Source of the DNA: Antedon mediterranea
Lineage: Eukaryota > Animalia > Echinodermata
DNA length: 64,000 nt
Direction of reading: 5' to 3'
Assembly: GCF_964355755.1 (NCBI RefSeq)
Contig: NC_092674.1
Span: forward strand, 6,696,001 to 6,760,000
A model generated the notes under the pieces. It saw nothing but the letters and a program-made list of their open reading frames with translations, did not search any database and was not told where the DNA came from. A program made the translations under genes and the position numbers. Within the stretch, counting starts at the first letter, position 1, and each line of letters opens with the position of its first letter. Positions 37,939-51,490 of this stretch are shown here, piece by piece.

Positions 37939-40900
37939 GAATACCGTCGTGTTCGGCCGCCAACGAGTTCGGCCGCATGTATTTAGTATGGAACGCCAGG
38001 CTTGCTTGCATTGTTTATATTAAATGCATTGTTTAGATTGGCGATCTCCGTGGCTTATTCCATTAAAAAAATAGGGGTGCATTGCTTTACCGATTTTTCT
38101 CTACATTTGTATTATTGTATATAATATTACGATTTCTTTTCAGATACAGTTAGATTCATCACAGAGATAGAGAAAAATGAAAATTATTTTATTATATACA
38201 ATCTTAACACATTTATTATCAATTCCTGTATTTTTATTTAGACATGTTATAAGTTTGAGAATTTACGAACGAATTAACTTAACTACCATATTTTATAAAT
38301 AAACATATAATATAACATTTATATTTATAATTGTTTTTTCATATATAACCACTAGCATGCATTAAAATTGACTTTATTACTAGTAATAACATGTTATATT
38401 ACAAAACTACTTAACTAATAAGTAATATAGTTTGCAAATAGTTTAAAATGTAACAATGAAACAATATCTTTTTTAATGTTTATTACTAACATACGATTTT
38501 TACTAATATCTTACTTCTTTACATATATTAAAATTGACTTTATTTCTAGCAATAACATGTTATATTACAAAAGTTCTTAACTAACGTATTTTGCAAATAG
38601 TTTAAAATTATATTTAATGTTTATTACTAACATAAGAGTTTTTACTAATTTTTTAACTAATTTAACTAACATACATACATTAGCACTATTCAACGCGAGC
38701 ATCGCGAGTAATAAGTTTACTCGCGGCAAGCATTTGAGAACGTACACTACGTTGGCCCTCGCGGTACTCGTCCCACAATGTTTCAACTCCATTCTTCTCC
38801 AACACTGTTGCTTTGCACGTCACATTCTTGTTTCCGAGAAAACATCTCCATGTTGTATTTGCCCGTCTTTTATCAATCTTCTCTGTATATTGGTACCCAT
38901 GACTGTCTACAAGCGAGTCCTGAAACAACAGAAGGTTAAGTTGGTTTTCACAAGAAATGCGATAATAAAAAAAAAATTACAAAGAATAGATTATAAATAT
39001 TTTAAGAACTTACATTCCCACGTTTTGTTGTTCCTGCTAATCGCCGATAAGTAACGACGTCATCATCAACAGCAGGCATCACTGGTATTGGTTGTGGTTC
39101 AGGGTAAAGATTCAGTACCTCTTCTTCTATGAACGATTGGTTCCAAAAAGTCGCCAAGGTCGGCTGCAAAAATCTCCAGTTGCGGCACCGGTTGGACGTT
39201 GTTTTCTGGAGCACATTCTCTACATGTCTAATCAATAAAACCCTCTTCGACGGCTAACCTGTACGCTGCTCCTCTTTTCACTCCTGAGTCACACCGACGA
39301 TGTTGCCATCTCTGACACTCTTCGCAAAACGGTCCTTCTTGCTGTTCCGTTACGGGTTCGCGACATTCAATACAATCGTTCATGGTTCGTAGATAATCAG
39401 TAAAAGTGTAGTTAACAATTCAGATGGCAATTCCACCCGATTCTGCTACTGTCCACAGGTGCTATCTGTAAAACTATAGCAGAATCGGGTGGAAATTCAG
39501 AAATAAGTAATATTCTCTAAAATGAGGTTCTCTTATAAAGATGCGCGCACTCCGGTTATTGTTTTACCGATTACAAAAAAAGAATCCTTAAATGTACCGA
39601 ATTTTGTGTGTGTGTATTGTGTGACGGTAAACGCCTAACTTAAAAGCGTTATTAATAAATAATGGTCATTGTTTAGCCAAACTTCTTGCAAGTAACCGAC
39701 TGCGCTTGTGTCATCATGCGCTTTTTGTAGGTGACTATACTTTTAAACTTTAACTTTAGAGGCCTAACTGTAATAAATCAAACCAAAATGAATAACGATG
39801 CAAGCGAAAACACACAAAATTATATATTTACAAAATTTCCTTTTTCATGTAACACTACGATGAAATCAAACAAACAACTGTTTTTTTTAAGTCTTTTTAC
39901 TAATTTTTGTAATAACTAGTGAATCACGTTATGAAATTAGACATTATACAGCAAAGTTTCGATGTTATACTTAGATCACTTACCCTACTTTTTTTATGTG
40001 AGATTATACAGTCATAAATATCTGACGTTTTATTATTAACTAAGTACAACAAAATGTTATTTATAAATCAAATTAAATGAGATTTAATGCGTATTTTGTG
40101 ATATTGAACATAAAATCATGCTTTCTTTTTTCTTATATAAAGATTGAATTATAAATAATGACATAAGAAAATGAAATGTTTTCATTTTTGTACCGGTCGG
40201 AAAATGTGCCCCAACGATTATATTTAAGACTGAAAGGAATGCAAGTTATATACAGTACTGTCATTAGATTAATTTAAGGATATGCACTTCTATAAGTTAT
40301 AATGAAAAAGAGTGTGTGTACTTTACAAATAAATATTAACTTTTAATTATGTTTTTCTTCATGTATCGTTGTTGTTACTGTATATCAATGTCGGTGAAGT
40401 TTGCCACATATAATTTGTACACTTGAAAATCAGAATCAGTAATGTATACCACAACTTAATAACATTTATTTTTACAAATACTGTACAGAGTAAAATAAAT
40501 ATAAAACCAATAATGAACATATTATATTAACATAACGTAAGAAAAGAAATGTAAGTGAAAACGGACGCAACAACAATAATAAGCAAGGTTTATTTATTTA
40601 AATTGTTCTTGCAGTTAACAAACTGAATTACAACAATCGTGACAATTTATAAAAATAGTAAATATTGGATAAATAACATAATAAAATGTAACATTAATAT
40701 TAACATCTCCATTAATCACATACAACAAGCAAGCTAGCTTCCCTCTAATTATTAAAAACATAAAATAATTCACCATTATTTTTATATTTAACTTTGATGT
40801 TAATAACACTTCAACAAATTGAAGACACGAAACGTAACACATTTCATTGTTATGTTAATAAAAAACAACCATGCTACACCACCTTCATTGTCTAAGATGG

Positions 40901-41603
40901 AATTCAAGACACTCCCTCATTGTTTTAAAACAATAGCAGTAGTAGCCTTTTCAGAGTTTTCGCAATCCAATGTTGGTAGGTTTTACTGTGGAACTGTATA
41001 ATCCTGAAATAATTCAAGCCTTACTATATATTAATTTTTCCAAAAATCGCTATAAAAAAGGAATTTCGAAATACTGTAATGTTATTTCCTCCTATTTTCT
41101 TACGAAGGCATAGGCTTATTTAAGTATTGTTGATAGTATACAATAATTATTAGACATACAATAGGCCTATATAACCAGAGTTTTAAAATACTTAATGTAT
41201 TATTAACTGATTTAATGGTCATTTCTGTTTTTATTAGAACACATTAGGCCTGCAAGAGTAAATGTACAAGACACAAGTACAAGTTTATTGCCCGTTTAAG
41301 ATTATTATAATAATAAACGTATATCTAAATCATTTAAAATAGATTCAAATATATCCACACCACAGCATTCTAAATAATACTTATCACAGAAAGTAATATG
41401 ATAATACGCCGTACATTTTATGTCGGTCAATTTCGATCGATCACGTTAGAATGCACCCACATTTTTAGAATGGAATAACCCAATGAAAAAAACCAGCAGA
41501 ACAAACGGAAGTTGATGCATAGTTGGCGCTCCATACATAGCGCCTTATATGGGCATTCAAAACATTGCGGCCGAAACCGTTTGCGGCCGAACACGATGTA
41601 CAC
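37939..41603. mobile_element. MULE-like element carrying a FLYWCH-type fragment
   Basis: 9-bp TSD cgtagtgac (37930-37938 and 41604-41612); TIR tcgtgttcggccgc.../...gcggccgaacacga. Confidence 0.85.
38686..39235 (-). pseudogene. spliced FLYWCH-like zinc-finger fragment, probably transposase-derived
   Basis: YRRLAGTTKRGN|DSLVDSHGYQY...TTWRC...CKATV across a GT-AG intron (39013-38920); terminal His residues and DDE domain not seen. Confidence 0.65.
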
Positions 41604-42375
41604 CGTAGTGACCCGGCCCACATAGGCCTACTTATAGGTATAACGATGCAAAATTAAAAGTTATTATTTTTCACAAACAAATTATACATATATTGCCTGT
41701 TAGTATTTTGTATCAATATTATAATAACAGAAGAATTATGAAAATCTCTGACTTGATTGAAACATAGGGTCTAAAACTTCGCCGAAATAATCGTTTTTAG
41801 CCGGCCACGAACGAAGTAAAATTGCGCCCTCACATTTTTCGAGAATGTTACACTACAATACATAAAATTACGGGTTTTAGTAATACAGTATATTTTGTAC
41901 AGTATATCAACATTGTAAAATTCAATAAAATATGATATTACATGTTTATTAAATAAAAAATAGTGTTTATTTAACCTCATTCAAAGAATTTAAATACATT
42001 ATTTTCCCGCGTATTAGACAGACCGAAGAGACAACGTGACTTCACGGCACACGCGAGGAAATTGTTACCATAGAATGTTTTGACCACCATTATTCAATGA
42101 TAAGTTGATGGTATTTATTATACCCGGCTTATTTTGACAGATAGCTTACAACAGACAGATGATGATAGTCATGCTACTACCTGTCTGCTTCCTAAATCTC
42201 AAGACTCTCATTTCCCACACGTGCTTTGGGTCTAAATTAGTCGAGTTTACACATTCTCAATTCTGTCAAGCCGTAGCTTTGCGCCCGATACTGCTTCCTA
42301 ATGCTTACTTCCTCCGGGTATATAACTGCCTGAGGCAGCATTACCGCAACATTATTGATATTACTTTCTACTTAC

Positions 42376-42430
42376 CGGTACATAATTCATTAAATACAAC
42401 ATACAAAATAAACATTTTGACTAAGGACAT
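42376..42430 (-). pseudogene. orphan, frame-shifted paralogue of gene 1 exon 1
   Basis: ATG TCC TTA GTC AAA ATG TTT ATT...ATGAATTATGTACCG|gtaagtaga versus gene 1 ...AAA ATG TTT GTT...ATGAATACTGTACCG|gtaagtaga; 55 nt (phase 1). Confidence 0.65.
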
Positions 42431-42526
42431 TATTTTATTTTGTTTACACATCAGCATGCAACACCTTCCGAATTTTTCAATCAAAACAATCGGGTAGATA
42501 CCGACGACACCTTTACTGATAAGTTC

Positions 42527-42575
42527 CACGTGCCTAATCTTTCTGGAGGGAATTCCCCTTTAATGATAGCCAATC
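42527..42575 (-). promoter_or_regulatory. E-box CACGTG (42527-42532), palindromic kB site GGGAATTCCC (42548-42557) and CCAAT upstream of the orphan exon
   Basis: same motif order as the gene 1 promoter. Confidence 0.5.
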
Positions 42576-45066
42576 ATGAAGCAGGGTTTGTAGGTGGTCA
42601 TTGCGTCATGGAAAGTATTTGAGATAGAGGCCGAATTAATATTATGTTGAATTGCTCAGAAATACACTAATCATCAAACATCCATGCCAAATCAGTTCGA
42701 TTATGTTTTGTAAATAATATTCATCAAACTATCGATCCATGTTGAAATACCAGACTAATAATATCCACATTTATTGGTCTGGTATTTCAACATAGATCAT
42801 ACAACCTAGCGCATCATACAGCCTAGCTTTAGAGATTATTTGTGATCGTAAAAAAAGATTACATAATAATTAATATGCAATACACTGAAGTGCTGAAAAC
42901 AAAATTAAATTTTAAAAGTAAACAAATATTGACCAAAAAATGCAATATTAAATCGTCGATAACTACCGTATATGAGAGCATAATATTCGTGTAAGTTGAT
43001 AATTATTATGTGATGGGTATATCCAACATATCTATTTTACTTACAATAATTATAGGCAAATCAGTGTTTAATGAACGAACACACTCTAAAGGGGAATATC
43101 TGTATTGATCCATGATTGGATTGAGTCCAACATTTATTATGCACTTTGTAGCATCCGTGAGTGAACACAAAAGATGACTTTCAGAGTGGCATCCTCTAAA
43201 TAAACGTCAAACTTTCCAGAGGCGAAATACAATGCTGAGCGGAACACATTCTGAAGGTGACTTTCAGAATGCCATCATTGGAATTAACTAAACTAATAAA
43301 GTCAACCGGGCTTATTAGAGATATTCAATATAAAGTGGAAAAATATAAAATGTAATGTAATTTGTATCATGCACAATGATTTAAAGATATATTGTCCTCT
43401 AAAAAGAATATTTTAAACAAACATACAAGGAGTAACTCAATGGCTAACACATAGTAGGCCTACTCCCGAATTAGTCAGTGAATTAACACCAAGCATTCTT
43501 TATAATATAAGTTAATTATTTATAGATATTAAAAACTCTTAAATAAAACGGCAGTTACTGCTGGATAGATACTTGATCAATCCGTGATTAACATTGAAGG
43601 TGACTTTCAGTATATATTCACGTACGAATGAATATTGAAAGTCACTCTCAGCATTATTATGCATGTTACAGTAGAATCATCAATTAAAAAGGTGTAAAAA
43701 ATATAGCGCAATGAACCGCATAAAATCACTTGTATAGTCTTATCAGTTTAAACCGGATTCATCAGCTGAGAGCTAATACTCCATTCTTTGTACGGTATTA
43801 TTGAATTTGAACTCAAATAACGTGATGATACAGCAATTCAATATCATTATGCAAGAATGGCATTATTGAATACAATACATTGTATTGTACTGTACTGTAT
43901 ACATGCAATAGTATATCAGTAGTTCATCAAGAAATATTTATTTTGGGTGTGGTCGCTGCACTTGACAGCGGAAGAATACCTGACAGTATATTATTGCTTT
44001 GGGTTTGAGTCAAAGGGTATTGCACAATCATTGCAACAACCGATCGATATGGCCGGCTTTTCACAAATAAATTATAAACAACACTTCATTAGTGTTAGAC
44101 GCACGAATACAAGTATACATGGCGTGATTTGATTAACTGATTATTCATTTGTTGTATTTGAATCTTCTAATAGTAACCCACAGTGGCGTAACAGGCGGGG
44201 GGGGGGGGGGGGGGGGGCAGGGGGGTCGGAATACCCCCCTGGCGGATTTCACCGGGTTGAGAAGCGTTCGATCGGGCTGGGTAACAAGTCAAAAAAATAA
44301 AATAAAATACAAAGAAGGGATAGAAGAAAGAAAAAGAAAGAAAATATAAGATAAGAATAAATATACGATATATGATATGGCTTCAAATGAGTCGCAGTAG
44401 TGTACAGTATGATATTCAAGTAAGATGATATGAAATACACAAAATCCTGACTGACAACTCGTGGGAAGACGCACTGCTTATCAGCACATTAACATGCGGT
44501 CAGTTGACTGTGGTTTTTGGCGTCTTTTATCTAAGCCGCCATCGCGGGCATCTCATACACAATTGTGACGCTGTGCTGTGCGTGTGAGGCCACCTTAAAC
44601 AAGAATATTTCTTACAAAAAACGCTGCTCGCTTATTGTTATTGCTAAGGTCAAGTCTGGGGGTCACTTCATCACGCCTAGATACTTCAAGTATCCTATTA
44701 CAAACAAAAACTTCAATGGACTGTTTTGATAATAATTCAATGATTATCTGACAGCGAATTATATCATGGGACTCATAAATACCAGAATGCTTTGGGATTT
44801 GTCGTTAGACTCTTTTCTCAGCCGTTTTTGGATTCAACAGGTGGTACCAATAAATTATAGTGGAGTTTCCATTTTAACAAAAATGTCAAAGTGTAGTACT
44901 ATAAAGCTGCTTGATTTCATCTAATGAATGAGTCATCTCGTGTGACGTAGCGGGCTAGAGCAGCAGCGTGAAAAATACACTCCTACTAATCGTATGTAAC
45001 GCTCTAGCGATCAGCAAAACGAACGTACTTTTGTGGCTGGCTGTCGCTCCAATACTCAATCTTTCA

Positions 45067-45843
45067 CAGGCCCGTAACCAGGGGGGATCGGGGGATCGTA
45101 CCCCCGCTGAACAGCGAGTTCCGCTTGTCCTCCCACTTTTTTTTTGCTGGGCATACTAACACAACACTACGATTGTTTACTACAGGCCTAGTCAAGCCTT
45201 AATAAATTTAATTAATATAAATCGACATAAGAATATAAAGTATATTTTAACTAAAATATAAAAACCTAACACTAAATTTACAAGATAAATTCTATTTGAT
45301 AACTGCTGAACATCGTGGTTCTGGAGCTAGCCGTACACAGAGCATAGTTGTTTGCTTGACATAAAAGGGTATTCCCCTACACAGGTATCTGCGTGCGTGT
45401 GACGTGCCCAGCCAGCTGCTAGAGAGAAAGCATGCAGCTTACGCAAGTGCAAGATGCAATGGTTGAGTGAATTCAGGGATCATCTTAATTCCATGGTTTG
45501 TTACCTAAACACCACATGATGGTGAATATGCCTGTTAAAGTCTCAATGATACGATCCATTAATGTACCATGTTGTTGCTAGGAGGCTTAAAGGGAGCAGG
45601 GATCTAGCCTAGTTTCGGTCGGCAAGAGAATGCCGTCCTCTGACAATTTAAGGTCGGCAATAAGGTCGGCAATTGAAATTTGTGGGCTGGAAATTACACC
45701 AAATTATATAGTTCATAAACAAAAGAGATTACCCGGAAATGCGATTTGCGGCCATACATAGGCCTATAGAGAAAAAAAAAATTCGAGGGTATGGTTCCAC
45801 TAAACAACGATCCACCCCGCCGTCAAACCTGGTTACGGCCCTG
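45067..45843. mobile_element. TIR MITE
   Basis: 16-bp TIR caggcccgtaaccagg/cctggttacggccctg with one mismatch; tttca on both flanks. Confidence 0.65.
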
Positions 45844-48800
45844 TTTCAGTCTTCTAACCGGAAAAATTACTACCTTTGCCAGGTGCGGATCCAATGTTAG
45901 ATTGGGTTTTCACATGTTCAAATGTTATTTCACCTGTGTTTTTAACGGTGGAAAATGTACGATCATTTTGCTGATTGCTGTGCAATAAATGAGAGTGTTA
46001 TTTCCAGGCCAACTACTACTAGTTGGCGAGGCGCCATTTATCATGAATTTTATGTGCAAGAGTACCATTTCCGACGATCTAGGGGTGTCATTTACCAAAA
46101 TTCGCTTCGCCACAGCCCCCACCATGGGGGGGGGGGGGGCTGTGGCTCAAATACTTGGTGTCTGGAAGGATCAGCCCCTCTTTGCGCCCCCCCCCCCCCT
46201 GACAAGACTCCCTTGTTACGCGGCTGGTAACCCACCTTATAAGTCAATCTATAATAGTAACCCACTACTCTAGTAGTAACCCATGGAGGTTATTAGTCAC
46301 AAAAACTATTGACAAAATGATTGGTTTATGATGCAGCTGTATTTTTAAAATAAGGAGATAATGCATGTTGATCTCGGGAGTGGAGGAAGATTGAGTGTTT
46401 TTGGGTTTATAAAAAATAAAGTTAGAGTTCAACCATCTGGATTAGTAATAGTAACACACTACTCTAATAGTAATCCCACTTCCAATATAGTAACCCACCC
46501 TAAAAAACAATTAGAAGATTTACGGTAGGCCTACAACGTATTATTTTTCAAATGATGAGCCTTTAATTACCGGGTAGAATACAGCACATTTTATCACTGT
46601 ACCGGTAACGTAGCCATGTAGGGATTGTATCTGTTAGCCGGTTTTCGTGCACGTACATTGACAGCGTATAATTTAGTATAAGTTATACTAGTGATGTTTA
46701 CATTTATTATTTAAGAAGTCGTTTTTACCCTATATGATACTCAACATGGCCATGAAACAGGTACTCCGTCTCATAATTGATGTGTTTTTATCCTATATAA
46801 ATATGTTTTAAATAAATAATACTATATAAAGGCCCAATAAAAGTGGAAATTAGTTTAAACATAATTGCAATCTATCAGGTGTCATTAAATATGAAAGAGT
46901 GTTACACATACGGTAAACAATAATGTTAAGTGTTGGTAGGGCAAAGTCTCGTCGTTTTTAAATAAATATCTTTATGTCACTGACCAGGGCATGTGTTGTT
47001 GATTGCTTTCCCCTGACGTACATTAACAATTCGAGTTCCAGAGAAGAGAATTTCCATTATTTGGGTGTGGCTGCTATAATGTCAAATCCTGGCTAGCGGC
47101 CAATTGCATGTTGTATACCGTAGCCTAGGTTACTTATGAATGTATACCAACCGTTCGATTGCAAGCAATAAAGCATTTCGCAATATAAAAAAAAATCTGT
47201 ATGTAAATAATAATTCCTTCGTGGTATGTATGATACCTGGAATTTGAACGTGGGCTGAATGATTCTATTGTCATTTGTTCATCTTGAGGAACTTCTATCT
47301 ATGTACATTTGAAAAGAGTAACAATACGTGATGGTATTGCTTTGTACTGTCAAAACTGGAATAATCTAGGATTGCTTTGCCAATACAATCAACCGTATGT
47401 CATCATCTTTTTAATACCACAATACGGAATAGGGCGGTATTTAACACACACCAAATCAAACCCGTAGAAAGTTGTCTAAATATCTGAAAATGGGGGTGTT
47501 TCGGCGTTCTGTGAATTTTAGGCCATTTTAGGTACTTAATGTTAAACAATTTCATTGCTGCTGCATACAGTTCTTATAGGCATGTGGTTTTTTTTTATCT
47601 TAAGGTGAATTATACCATTGGATATTGTTATAGTCCTAATTTAGTATAAGTTATAGTGATTTTTATATTATTATTTTAAGAAGTTGTTGAGTATGTTATT
47701 TTACCCTAATAAATATATCATAAGGATCATAATATGTAAAACAGGTGCTCCGTCTCTTAACTGATTTGTTTTTATCCTATATAAATATGTTTTAAAATAA
47801 ATAATAATATATAAAGGAGGCCCAATAAATAAATAAATTGAAACCTAATTCTGATCCATGGTCAATTTAATGAACCATTATAATAATCCATCCGTCGATC
47901 AATCAATAGTTATCACTTATATTTCACACAGAAATTTGTAGCACAATATTTGCAACAACATACACAATAGTGGAAAGGAGTTGAACAGTTAGTAATGGCA
48001 ATTAGTATCAGGTGTCAATCACTCATAATAGGGCCCTACATTAAATATGAAAGATTGTTACATAACATGGTTCAAAATCCTGTAAGGATGAGTTCAGCGG
48101 AACGGAGAATGTCGATTATTATACTTGGGTGTGGCCGCTGTTAATGTAAGATTATGGCTTGGTGCCAAAGGTAGACTACGTTTGGCATAACTGATCGATT
48201 GCAGTTGGTTCTGGCTTGGTGCCAAAGGTAGCCTAGGTTACTTATCAATGGCATAACGAAACTGATTGATTTCAGGCAATACAGATATCGCTCTTTGCGT
48301 ATTTCGCAACTTACATCTTCATATCATACTACTGTAATTCATATAATATATATAACATATAAAACATATTAAAACACTTGTTAGTGTGTATGATTTAAAT
48401 AGCTGAGTTTAATCAGTTGAGCTGAATAGATTCTATTGTTCACTCATCTAATACCCATTGTCGGTGGAATGTAATAGTTGAAAAGGGTATACTACTGTAG
48501 CAATACGTGATGCTATTGCTTTGCACGTGGCTTACTGGCAAGAATTCAAGATTCAATCGTATTGAGTCATCGCCTATTTAAATACTACCACAATACAGGG
48601 GTAGTAACAAAGTGCGAGGCAGCGAGGCACGCGAGGCAGGGAAGGCATGCGAGGCAAGTCAGAAATTTATGCGAGGCATCGTTTTACCATCATCAAAAAA
48701 TGCGAGGCATCATTTTATCATTTCTCAAAATTGCAAGGCAGGTAATCACCGAAATTGAAGTAGCCTAGGCCTAGGCCCGCTAGGCTAGTTTCCTTTTGCA

Positions 48801-50662
48801 CCTGCCTTGTATTTTAACCAACTTTATCTTGAATAGGCCTACCACAGCTTAGAATTAGTAGGCCTACTTTAATGAAGAAAAATCACATAAAAGTAACAAT
48901 ACATCCATTAAATTGGTGATTTTACAGACGTTGTTTTTCTCGCATTTCGCACACTCAATGTTCAATATTTTGGTTTCTATGGAACGCCAAAAGAGCAAAA
49001 TTAATTAGAGGGCTAAAAACTCTGTGGAATCCATTTATATTTAACGCATTATTTGGTGAAAATCAAGTACAATTTCAATAGATTTTGTCACTGTCAGTAA
49101 GGAAAAATGTTACTGTTGATAATGTACACGGTTTCGTTAACCTTTTAAAGAATAAAATAGAAAAATTCATCATAATATCCTTAGTAGGATGTCCTAGGTC
49201 TAGACTAGGTAGTGATGTTGATTTAGGATCGATTATTATTCTTTGAAGAAAACAGAACAGTATCAGCAGTAACATATTACAACATTTTTATTGACAAATT
49301 AACAAATATATTGAAATAAAACGTGTTTTTCACCAATAAATGCATGAGAAATTGACGCATTCCACTGAGTTTTAGTCCTCTATTATCGTTGCTCTTTTGG
49401 CGCTCCATAGAAACAAAAATATTGAACATTGAATAATAGTCCAGTCAATCTAGTGATATTTAGAGGTAAACCCACCACAAATTGCAATAGTAACGAAACA
49501 TTGATTTTTTCATTCCAAATGTAGTTTAGAATGACATATTAAAAGTCACCGAAAATTGAAGCATTGGAACACATTATTTTTTACGTAATCTCAACAACTA
49601 TATAGTGATTTTATTCCGTCAATATTTTTGGGGTAGGGGTAACATTTATGCCCATAACTTGTGGGTTTATAATCCAATCTCAATAATCTTGATATCAATG
49701 TGTAGAATATATATTTCTTTCTAAAATGCAATTTAAAAAAACAAAATACAACACTTATTTATATAACTAGAGGTCAAAGGGTTATTGACCTTTTACAAAA
49801 AATCATTTTTTCCTTAAAAAAATGATTAACTGCAATATCGTATGCCATAATTGTGGATGCATTTTAATCAAAATTGTGTTTTTTCTGTACCTATCAATAT
49901 ATAAAATAGGAAACATGATGTTAACTAGAAGAATTTTAAAAGTAATGATGTACTATTCTTATTGAAATTGATTCTTGATCAAATGTAATGTAAACAATTT
50001 TGGGGTAGGGGGTAGCGTTTATGCCTATAATCTATTATTTTATAATCATATCTAAATAGCTTTAGTACCAATGTGTAGAGTATATATATCCTACTAATAT
50101 ACATTAAAAAAACAATTAATACAACAGTTATACGTAACTAGAGGTCAAAAGGTTATTGACCTTTTACAAAAACTCAAATTTTTCCTAACAAAATTATTAA
50201 CATGCAATGTCTTATTCCATAATTGTCGATGCATTTGATGTAACTTGTGTTTTTTCTGTACCTATCGTCATATGAATTAGGAAAAATGATGTTAAGTATT
50301 TTAAATTAATTATGCACTTATAATAAATAAATAAATAATAATAACAATAATAAAAATAATCCTATAATAATGATAAATTGTTATCAACAACAGGTAGTGT
50401 AGTAGTAGGTAACATTATTTTATGCCTGACAATAACATCTAAATAACTACAAATGTGTATAATGTGTATTGCTTACTCTAAAAACTAATTGATACAACAG
50501 TTTTTATGTAACTATAGAGGTCATTGACCTTTTACGTAAAACTAAATCATAGTTATATATATTTTATTTATATTTTGGTAGTATTTGGTGCAAATAATGT
50601 TTTTCCTGTACCTATTGTATCATCATGAAATAGGAAAAATAATGCTAGCTAGAAGAATGATG

Positions 50663-51490
50663 ACTGTCGCAGAGAACAGGACAATAGTCATCTTGTCAAA
50701 TTTGCTGACGACACTGTCTTGCTGTCTCTCCTTCAAAATTCACAGGACGGTCATGGTTCCGCATTAGATTGTTTTATCCAATTTTGTGGAAACTTCTACT
50801 TGGAACCCAATGTGACCAAAACCAAGGACATGATTGTAGATTTTAGGAAGGAGAAAGGACGCAGCCCTCTGGTATCCATCATAAATGACGAACCAGCGAT
50901 ATTGTCCATTCCTTTAAATACCTAGGTACTATATTTGAGGACAATCTCAGCTGGGAATTAAATACAGAGGCATGAATAGTAAAGAAAGGACACCAGAGAC
51001 TTTATATGTTAAGGAAGCTGAACCATTTTAATGTCGATAGATAAAGTAATTCTCAGGCTTTTTTTATAATTCCTTTATTAAGAACGTTTTAACTTTTTTC
51101 CTTTATATGCTGGTTTTTCAGTCTTAGGGTCAAAGAGAGAAACTCACTACAAAGAATTGTTAACTTAAGTTCTAAATTAATAGGTTGTCAACTTTGTAGC
51201 TTATCTTCCTTCTGTGACATGCAAACTCTAGAAAAAAGTAGAGCTATTCTAAAAAATGTTAACCATGCCTTGTTCAGTGATTTCGAGCTTATGCCTCATG
51301 GGTGTCGCTTTCGATGCATGTAGAACAAACCGGAAAAGAAATTCGTTTTTGCCAGTTGCCATCCGACTCTTCTTGAACTTTGACTCTTGTTATATTGTAC
51401 TGTGTATTGTGATATTTTTGTATATTTTGTAGGATCATTTTAATCCAGACCTTTTTATTTGAATTGCTCCGTGTGGGATGATATTGTTAA
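50663..51490 (+). mobile_element. 5'-truncated CR1/Rex1-Babar-type LINE (RT C-terminus, pseudogenised)
   Basis: LVKFAD, NVTKTKDMIVDFRK, FKYLGTIFEDNLSW, QRLYMLRKL with frameshifts. Confidence 0.85.

Noticed and set aside
38617-39054. 145-aa plus-strand ORF
   Set aside because: Antisense shadow of the FLYWCH-like fragment.
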